This document shows positions 45,920 through 55,557 of a DNA stretch of 55,557 nt, one piece after another. How positions within the stretch are numbered: position 1 is the stretch's first letter; each line of letters starts with the position of its first letter. The translations under genes and the position numbers were made by a program. The notes below the pieces were generated by a model that saw only the letters and a program-made list of their open reading frames with translations, searched no databases and was not told the origin of the DNA. The stretch comes from Phoronis australis (taxonomy: Eukaryota; Animalia; Phoronida), in NCBI GenBank assembly GCA_002633005.1, contig NMRA01000628.1, positions 108,611 to 164,167 on the forward strand, read 5' to 3'.

Positions 45920-48900
45920 ACCAATTCACGAAACACTCGCTTCTGCCGATGTTATCTCTACCTCTCAAACTGGTGTCTATAATGGCGGTGTCAACTGGCT
46001 TTGCGTCAGTCGTGTTTACACATACACTTGCGCTCGATCAATTGTTCCGTGTTACACAAAGTTGCTCCGTAACATGCGTAGGATGTTCACGACACGTTAG
46101 ACCGAAAAATCGTGCCCAAAACACCTGTCGTTCATATGAATTTCTATCAGGCTGATGATAAAAGATCATTATTCATGGAAAAATTTCTTGCTCATTTGAT
46201 TGATAGTTGCTCAGTGATGGGAAATCATAGTATCACGATTAATGATAACGTGCATCAAAATTTTCATCAACCGTTTACTATGACAAAATTCATTTGAATT
46301 CATATGCATGATAAATATTAATTTATGTAAACATATTTTATGATAATTTATGATAAAAAGTTGTCTGTGTGTGCGACAGTCGTATACGAAAAGCCGGATT
46401 GTGTGGAGATCGAGGGTCTCATAGCCTGTAGTGGTTTACATTTGAGTAGCTGCCTTACACCGGTATTAAATGCAGAGCACGTTCTTCTGTAATCCGCTGA
46501 CATGGCGACTCGTCGTATGGCCACCGAGATATCGAAAGTTGTCGCGAGGCAGAAGTTTACACAGTATTTACAGATTAGTAAATTATGCGAAGAATTAAAA
46601 CTACTTATACACTGTTGTCTTGAACAATTACGATAACGAGGCTGTTGTTGTCGGATGGTGGGATTCAATTCGAGGCCATTTTCCTTAGTTGTTAGAATTC
46701 CACATATAACGTAAAGACGTTACCTAAATCAAATCGCCCAAACAAACTCGAAGACCAAGTTCCTTTTTCGTGCTCTACCGAAGTACGAACTCAAGATAAT
46801 TGTGTGCACTTTTTTCTGATTATGCAGTTAGCAGTGCTGACTTAAAACGCATTTAGGCACAAAAATATCAACGAAAACTTTGTTTTGAGTTAGTAGAACG
46901 TCGCTAAATATTTTGGATTAATATTCATGTATAAAGTTGAAAGGCTGTTTATCGAAGTGCTGTATAAAGACGACACGTATGTCATTTACGCCATTTAGCT
47001 TGAATTAAATTTGGGGCAGCCTATTGTTATATTTATTGGGCTCTTCTTGTCAAGTCTGCTGTGCACAATGCATCACCGTGCGTGTTCATGTGAGGTCAAC
47101 TTTTCGTTAACCTCATGCCCCACGGCCCACGATCGTGTTTTATATATGTCGGAATCTCTACCTGGCAGGGACTGTTTTAAATTGTATTTTTTTATAAAAG
47201 TCCGTATTTAATTTGTACATATCATATCTTAAGCATAAAGCTATGATCACTTTTGTAATATCGCAAGGGGCAACGTTTCTTTCTAGAAATGTGCGTTTAT
47301 TAGAGTGTTTTTTTACTCCTTTTTGCGTGTTGTTTTTCTCGGAAGCCGACAGTAACATTACAAAAGAAACGAACGAGTAATTTTATGACGCATGAAGCGC
47401 GATTAAACGAATACCTTAGCTACACGTCAGCATTTGTATAAAAAAATCACCGACCTGGAACGCATGTGCGACACCTGTGTAGTTCACCTTCGTTGTGAAA
47501 TTGTCATTAGGGATATCAGTGATTTCTTGTCTTCCAACTACTTGAAAGAACCAGGGGCAGATGGAGGATTTTGAGTTTGGGGGGAGCAGGGCAGAGAATT
47601 AGCCAGGATTTTGCACGTCATACATTCGCACCCCAATCGGCTAATTGGAATCTGGGAGAATATTAAGGGGAAGCTTCGCCCCCTTGCCCAAATCCGCCAC
47701 TGGGAACAGAAAGAATATCGATCGGAGAAATTTGTACACCATGTTTACTGTCTAGATATTCGGTTTACAGGGTTACACATAATAACGTAGTTTTAAAAAG
47801 TTTTATGATTTCTGCGAGCTTATGACAAAAACCTGAAAGGAAAGGCGGATAAAATGAAACATACATTGAACACTAGCTCAACTTTTACATGTAATTCCCT
47901 AGGCCTCCCAATTCTAGACGTGTAGATATTTCACTTACGGATTTTAAAAACTACGTTTCTGTACGTATATCTCTGGTTCATAAACGAGTGTTATAAATTC
48001 CACTTTATGCGAAAAAGCCAAGTCGGCACCCAATAAACAAACAATCGTGTCAATGCACACCAGTGTTGTCAAAGACAACGCACAGATTTGTAAAGCGCCA
48101 ACAACTGCACCGCCAAGGGTACGCATACCAGAGTGTTTATTAGAATAATGAATCTGGTCCCTGGGTGGCGCAGAATATACGGATCCTCTCCTAACAGGAA
48201 GGCCTCACTGTCTCCCTGATAGAGTCCAATTTGCAAATTTTACTATTGTTACTACGAGGCACACTGAAAGTAGGATCCCGATTTGTTGTCACGTTTATAG
48301 GAATGCACTTGCCGAATTATACAAGAAAAAGACAAGGGGTTGGTATTTACGGTATTCAGTCGTATATGCAAAATGACATTAGGGGGCACTACTGTTTAGA
48401 CCAAAAAGTGTCTATGTTTAGTTGATGCCTACATTTGTGACTAGCTTGCTAATGTTAAACGGGCATAGTTCGTAAGATGTCCCTAACATAAAGCGTCTTA
48501 CGCAAACGCGTTAAATGTCTGCTCTGAAACATGAATTTGGCCCGTTTTCTACTACAAGACAAAAGCTTACCGCGGCAATCTGGTCCTGCCGATTTCCATC
48601 TTACTCATAGCAAAGTTACCACTGCTAAATTTCTAATATTCTAAGCGCTCCCTTGTGAAACGAAGATCAATAAAATTATTTAGTCTTACAATAAATCACC
48701 GGCTTGTTAATTGTGTAAATATTGGTTAACATGATTAGGAGACAGGTTCCTAACTTGGCGCCAGCCTTACAAGTAGGTCCCTTGCGTTCTTGAATTGATT
48801 CGTTTTGGGAAATATGGAGACCTTCTCTATATCTATCAACGTCTTAAAATGGCATATTCGGCGACAATGAAGCATAACTAAAATACTCAAACTTGAAGAG

Positions 48901-49120
48901 AATTACAAGCAACACTTCTAACAGTGGTTCAAAGACTTTTCGATAAATACTTCTACATTTTTACATGGATGTGTCAACTTCTTCTTCTGTTGTATCTTCG
49001 CACAAATTTACAAGGCGGTAAACACACGATCTTCTGCTACCGCCTTGCTTGTAAGCTCACGTTGCTCGGAACGTGATTTTAAGTTCAGGCATGGTGTTCA
49101 ACAACGAAGCAGTGTGGCAT

Positions 49121-49400
49121 TAAGTAAGTAAGTAAGTAATTTTTTATTATAGTGACATGTGTTCAAATGAATTTAAACAATGAATACGTTACAAAGACTA
49201 GGAACACCCAGGTAAACATGAATGTCAAGATATTTCCGGAAGACGAGAGGAGAATACAAACCCACAAGCCGTTCCTGAAAATGTTAAACTCATGTCGCAT
49301 GACAATCCAGAGATTCATTTCGTTTACAAAGGGTTTTTTTAAAGGTTCGTCGCCATTGACGAGCTTAGCCCTTAGCACTTTTCACCGCGACGACTGATCA
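49121..49400 (-). mobile_element. Possible 3' end of a LINE/SINE
   Basis: Minus strand ends AATAAAAAA followed by a (TTAC)4 tail; upstream boundary unknown. Confidence 0.35.
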
Positions 49401-52400
49401 GCACAACAAACGCACGCTTCGCCATTAACAGCTGGGGAAGTTACCTCGACTTCAGTAAACTTTGACAGAAGACTTTTGTTAGGATACGGTGATCTATGAT
49501 GAAACCTCAAAACACACCCGATTTTGCCGTTTTATAGCTCTGATCAAGTGTTATCACCCAAATTGATCTTAAAACTTCGTTTTTGTTGTAATAAAACGGA
49601 TTATATCCCTGTAAATATAATTATCGAGTTGCCACTCCAAACGTTTGCGTTGCACGCTTAGACGTCATTGGATTTAACTTGGCTAATAGGACAAAACGTA
49701 ACGAAATTATCTACTGAAAGTCATTGTGAATGTATGTATTTCGTGCTTGTAAGAAAAGCGAAAATGAGAACTCGAACAATCTAAATGTTGAATTTTCGTC
49801 AATAAAATTTCCATTTCCTTCTCTTCCTGCACATGAAACCATTTGCTTGTCTTCCTGCACATGAATAATAACGGTCTTTCAGGAGCTTATTGATTGGCCA
49901 TTTCACTGAATAAAGTTCAAGCAGGGAAACAAATTGTTTGAAATTGCTAAGAGAAGGCTGTATGAGAAAGGCATGCGCTAAGCACAGGGTATTTAATGGT
50001 ATAATGGGGAGGCAGCTAGACGGAAAGAGAAGCAAAAATTGCCGTCCAGTTTACTTACAGTATAATGACCAATGCGGTTATTTCCCGCCGTTCACTAGAT
50101 CTCCAGCTGTAGTTGCGAATGAAACATTTTAACTGTTCTGGTTGACTTTTGAGACAGCGTAGGTAGCCCTTTAAAAAATCCTGTCGTCATTCCATATGGT
50201 ATCAAGTACGTGGGCCTACACTTGTTAAGAAATCGTTAAAATTCTAATTCAGCAGCAAGTTGGTAATTACAGATGTACAAAGTTGACAACCAATTACTCC
50301 CTAACACCAGCATCGTTAGCGGAAATTGCCAATAGTTGTTAAGAGTACTTGAGCTTTTATTCAAGAATATAGTAATCGAAAATAAACAAATATGCAAATC
50401 CTTGAATATCTATAAACCCTCAACGCTCTCGACATTACGGACCTTGAAAATCACCACCTACCTATACACTGCGTAAACGCACATACACAGCCTTCGATCA
50501 GCTCCGCCATTGTGTCTCACCGAACAAGTCGTCATCAACGACTGGTCTTTTCAAAACGTGCATGGCATAAAATTTACACATAGACAGATAGACAGTTGAA
50601 TCATTTACGAAAACTGTCGTCTTCTTAGTATGATCAATGTAACACACTTTCAAATCTTACCTGAAATTATTCTCTCGTGAAGTAAACAGGGATGTACGAC
50701 CGGACACGTCCGTCTTGTTGTAACTACCGAAAGAAAGTTACTTTAGCTCGTCGGTCGTGATGAATCAATCACGACTTTGTCAAAGGTGTAGACCGCACTG
50801 ACACAAACGATCCAGTGATGCGTTAACAAAGGGACTGATATAATAGGGTTTATTGAATCCAGGTCGACACGCAGAAACACGCAAAAGGATGTAACGTGAT
50901 AGTGTTGGATCTCCCGGGGATACTCTACTAGATTTCGCGAGGTTATCAGGCATGAAAATACACCCATCTATTTAGAAGGTGGACTCAAAAGGGAGAGGGG
51001 GTCAGTTGTTACGAGCTTTTAATTTTGGAGATTAATTCCTGCAATGTACCACGTTTTTGAGAGGTTAACTTCACCTCGTTGTATCTTTATGTTTTCTCAA
51101 AAGTCATTGTTTACCCTTTAATACGAGTAATGTGCGTCATGGTTGATTGCACATTTCAACAGACACATTTAACAGTGTTGGTCACATTAAACGAGCTAAA
51201 TGGATCAACATAACGGTCGGAAAAAAGTTTTCTAAAATCACATCGCCCTCCGAAAACTGAAGTAGAGATATACATTACCACAAATGCCACTGAACCAAAT
51301 ACAAATGCATAGGCAATAGCAATATTAAGCACTGGCTGAATGTCACAGGAATCACAACTTTTCTGCACACAAAACGGGCATGAAATACAGGTTTGCATCA
51401 CCTGTGATCATGGGATTAATGGGGATACTAGAACCAGAAATACTGTACATAATTCGTACCTGAATCCGAGAAAACGGCATTTTAACAAGAAATTTTCTCG
51501 TCTTCTATATCATTCAAGTAACACATACAATGTAAGACAGAGAGTCGCAGGGTAAATTAACATGTCTACCCAGTTCGATCGCTAATAAGACTCGAACACC
51601 TAATATTCGCTAAAAATTTTTGTGGACCTGTATATCAAGTAATGAATTGTACTCTTAAAAATCTAGAGACTATCCTTAACTAATTTGTAAGACTCCCAGT
51701 CGACGAGCCGAGTCTAAGGCTCACAGAGGAACCTGAAGAAAAAAGCGCGCTCTGGTATACTCTACTCTCTATGGGGCTGTCATCCTGGAAAATTAGTCTA
51801 CCCACCTATTTATAAGGCGGACTCGAAAAAGGGGCCTCATTCTTGTTGCAAACTTCCATCAAAAGTTCCAGAAATGGGCCACCATTTTAAGAGGCTAACT
51901 TTTACTAGATGTGAATTCCTTAGTGCTGTTTGTGTTACCCATCTAAGCCCTGAAGTGTAAAGAGATGCTACACTGTCACAGTTCATTGTCTAATGTGTGT
52001 ACATGTAGATCTGAGTTCAACCAAAGCCTTAGACTTACGTTAAAGAAAAGTTTGAAAACCATTCTGTGAAATTTCCTATTGGAGAAAGGAACCTTTTGTA
52101 GACTTTCGAATTCTGGAAATGGTAGAACGCTAGCCAAAGGGAATTTTTGGACGGAAAAGACACCGCCGCCGTCGTCACAAGAGCATTTGCGGTGAAAGTC
52201 ACTGGTTTTCGTAGGGAAACGCCGGCGTAGTCAAAGTCCTTCATATTTGCACCAGGTTCTACGGGACTATCCCGTGCGTAAAGTGTACTTGTCTAGTTAG
52301 ATCCTCACAACAACCCAATGGTTTTTGGCAGAGTGACTTTTAAGTTCTTTTTTAAACTAGTTGACATATACTAGGCCTACAATAACTGGACACCCTGAGC

Positions 52401-53208
52401 TCAGTTATTCCCTTCACGTTTACTTTCACGTTCACATAAATAGACCGCAAATTGAGTTAATTTTACCACAGATACTGGTTAAGTCTGTGATATCACGATC
52501 AACTGAATTATATGTACATATATATATAGCCATAACAAGATTGTGTGACAAGACCCCCGCATATAGGAGAAACCGTGCTCAGCGGCGGTGATGGGCCCGT
52601 CTGATGCGTGGGCTTTTTGGGAACATTGATTTTTGTGCTTTGACCGCAATTTTGTTGAGATCTCGCTGGAGCAGGACACCGTGAATGGTATTAGAAGAAA
52701 GAACGATTACAAATGGTTTGTTGAAACCCTATTTTGTGTCAATTTATTGAGTTTTGTATTTGATATGGATGGCTGAAGTGAAGCACGCGTGGAGTTCCTT
52801 GACCCGAGTTTCATAACTTGTAGTATTATATATAGTGTATTGGGGCCGATCAGAAGCTGAGGACGCCTGTGGTTAGCACTGAATCGAATAAGATCAGCAC
52901 AGCGATAGCCTGTGACGACGGACTTCGAATAGTATGAGTATTCATGCCACTCGCAATCTGCCCTACACCCATTCGCCATCAATTCTGCAACCCTCCCCGT
53001 CGCCAAAGCCACACCTGATTTAATCCCTCTCCCGAAAATTCTTGCTTTCGATGTAATTGAATAACATTCGACATAAAAATCACAACATTGACAAAAACAT
53101 GCTGGAAAGTCGAGGCTTGAGTGCTGGTTCAGTGATAGTATACACAGGAGTAGCCTAACTCCCGGACACTAAACACCTCAATGACCGTATATCCAAGTCC
53201 ATCCTGTC

Positions 53209-53852
53209 CACTGAATAGTAGGGCTGCGGTCGCGGCCAATTTGCACTCCCAAAATATTAAAATCCAAGGGTACGCTAAGCTTGGGGGACATTTTTAGATA
53301 AGTATTGCATGTAGGACAAGTGAATATGGTTTGTTTGTATTTGTGAACATGTTGAGAATGAAAAAAGACCATTTGCTCGGCTGTAGCTGCACTCTTCAAC
53401 TGAATATGGCGGCCGTTTGTTGCAATTGTACATTGTTTCGTAGGAACTGAGAAATTTCAGGTAGCCCTCAAAGAACCAGATTTGCAAAAAAATAAGTTGG
53501 TGGACAGTAATTTTGGACCACATTTTCGGAATCGGAAGGAAATTTGCTTTCGGAACGTAGGCCGAATGTTGGCTTTAGTCGAGCATCGGCAGGAAAGTGG
53601 TGGTTTTGGGGTGAAAAGTGCCGATTTTGCGGGGTTTTTTTGCCTCTATTTTTCTTAGTCTGGCTTGGTTTTCAGTGGGAGTGACGGGGCCACTAAAAGA
53701 GAGAAGAACGTTCCTGTGCTCATCTGTATGACTTAACTTGTGATGTGAAATGACTCAAAACTTTTCTTTCTTTCATACAGTTTTTGACAGAGTGAAGAAA
53801 AGGTGACGAGTCCATTGACGTGTGTTCTGATATGCAAACTGTTCTGTGCCCA
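53209..53852. mobile_element. Internally deleted copy of the 1502..3650 family
   Basis: 53220-53550 aligns by eye with 1525-1865, and 53565-53850 with 3347-3641. Confidence 0.7.
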
Positions 53853-54877
53853 ATTAGTTGAGTCTTAAGCCAATCGAGTTCAGAGCGCGTCCAGACGAAG
53901 CTTTGCCTCATTAAGGATTATCCGCAGTCTAACTGAGCCTCAAGCGCTTTCAACGTTAAGCTACTTTCGACCAGTGCTGTATTAAAGTTGAAGCACTGAA
54001 GCATTCAATTATACCAAAAGTCGAACATTTCCTGAACAGTGAGTTGTGCAACAGCCTTGTGGTCCGGCGTTTTAGCTTCGATGAATTTCTTCATTTTTTC
54101 GTGGCGTCGTCTATTTTCGTGTCTTAGCTATTGGAATGCAAAAATAATATGGAGATTTCCTCCGTGTTAATCACAGCATTGGAAAATAAATTTGGAAACT
54201 GCTGATTTGTTGAATGGAGACTTGAACGCTGCGAGCAGACGATCGTCTCAGGGAAAAAACACATACCCAATAACAGATCGCAATTTCCTGTAAAGAATTT
54301 AGCCCTCAGTGTACATATATACTGTTTGCATCCATAAAAAACGTTTTCGTTGGATTTGAATTCGATTTTTGGCTGATTTTGTGGGCCGGGGACGCTATTT
54401 AGCTTAACCTATTTATGATGATCCCGATTGACACTTCAGCGTGGCCCAACGCGCCTGATCACCGTGCGTCGTAATTTTCATCGGTAAACCTTTTCTGTTT
54501 TTAGAGCAGTAAAACCCGGCTTTTTCAGGAACGATGTCTTGGACTAAGGATTTAAGGAAGCCAAATGCCCGAGCTCAATCAAGTTTAGCGTTGCACTCGC
54601 GCGAATTTACACCCCCGGGAGACCATTCGATCACTAACCGTGAAATACGGCTTTTATTGCTGTATACGGCTTCTAGCGTTGTATACGGATTGACTCTACT
54701 TTCCCGTAATTGACAGTTAATAACGTGACGTATACAACATCCATATTTTCACATACAAGGGATAAGTCATTTAATATTCATTTATTATACCACAATATTA
54801 GCGTCAAATGGCAGATACAACCGTGTAATAACCCATAAAGTTATCTCACTAGTGAGATAACGATTTGGCGGGAAACC

Positions 54878-54947
54878 GAGGACGGGGTCGAACCCGGGAA
54901 CCTAATATTGCTGGTCGCCGACTTTACCACTACACCACACAGCGACT
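54878..54947 (-). repeat. tRNA-derived (SINE-head-like) sequence; similar remnants at 41045..41120 (-) and 29921..29985 (+)
   Basis: A box TGGTGTAGTGG and B box GGTTCGACCCC at tRNA spacing, but no acceptor stem. Confidence 0.5.
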
Positions 54948-55176
54948 GACGTCATTAAGAGTGAAAATAGAATACTTAAATGAGCACGCGCAATAATCGC
55001 ACGTTCAACAAACCACATTGTACTGTACTTATACGCTACGAAAAATAAGACACATAATTTCCATAAAAATGATATCTTAATTCGGTGAAATTTTTCTCTC
55101 ATGTCCTCTTACTTGTAAATCACCGATCTCTACTTTGAATGCGGGTATCGTGTCGTCAGGATCTTTGACTTGTGGT

Positions 55177-55414
55177 GTGGTGTCTTCGACACAGGGTTAG
55201 ATGTGTAGTTAGTGTAGCTTAGTATAGTTAGTGCTTGCACTTTCTAGCTTTCAGCTTCTACGACCACCTAGTCCTCTGAGACGAATTAGGAAGGCATGTG
55301 TAAGACCCGCCTTGGTGGCCTTTAACTACCTCTAATCAAGACTCTTGCAGTACCTCCTCGTGGTACACCATGGTAACTGGGCACCCTGCGGCCCCAGGCT
55401 AAATTTTGCAAGGG
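55177..55414 (+). ncRNA. HDV-like self-cleaving ribozyme with large J1/2 insertion
   Basis: P1 GUGGUGU (55177-83)/ACACCAU (55365-71) with G.U first pair; P2 CUCUUGCAGU (55342-51)/AUUUUGCAAGGG (55403-14); P3 ACC/GGU closing L3 UCCUCGU (55355-61); P1.1 CC/GG (55372-73); P4 CUGGG/CCCAG; J4/2 GCUAA with candidate catalytic C55399. Confidence 0.78.
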
Positions 55415-55557
55415 ATCTCGGAAGAGGTTAGGCTCTTAAAGGTGCAACGTGCATGACCCATCGGTGTATGGATATGCTCTGGCGTTCACCAACCTAACTC
55501 CCAGCTATGGGCAAATAGCACCCTTCATTGGTTGGGCTCAAGACTTACTACCTTGTC
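55177..55557 (+). mobile_element. Probable 5' end of a non-LTR retrotransposon (RTE-like), running off the window
   Basis: Begins with the HDV-like ribozyme and is more GC-rich than its flank. No RT/endonuclease coding sequence is visible in the window, so the clade is inferred only. Confidence 0.45.

Noticed and set aside
1-55557. Most ORFs in the supplied six-frame track (e.g. 6606..7139, 2300..2635, 45727..46155, 41689..42027)
   Set aside because: Intronic, repeat-derived or low-complexity frames with non-ATG starts and no recognisable domains; the DNA is eukaryotic and spliced.

Overview
Eukaryotic (metazoan, probably marine invertebrate; taxon not determinable from sequence alone), AT-rich, repeat-dense genomic DNA. 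It is not prokaryotic, so most ORFs in the six-frame track are spurious. Two spliced genes can be reconstructed with GT-AG introns and consistent phases. (1) SUGP1/SF4 on + has 13 coding exons (3897..27976, 852 aa), a single SURP domain, a KRKSRW ULM, a G-patch and the NNPRRPYY end, plus a 1-kb proline-rich exon I do not recognise from the human protein. (2) An unrecognised secreted precursor on - has 6 coding exons (43893..37168, 389 aa): signal peptide, RLKR convertase site, a 76-aa cationic Trp/Phe/Tyr-rich domain and a long very acidic tail. The rest is non-autonomous or decayed transposons: Helentron/HINE copies whose ~150-bp internal monomers each carry a CTCF-like motif, a Kolobok-type element (TTAA TSD, THAP remnant), a 6.4-kb CAG-ended element with a 5-bp TSD, a P-like MITE with an 8-bp TSD, a piggyBac remnant and a minisatellite. 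At the right end an HDV-like (double-pseudoknot) self-cleaving ribozyme can be folded by hand (55177..55414), probably the 5' end of a non-LTR retrotransposon.
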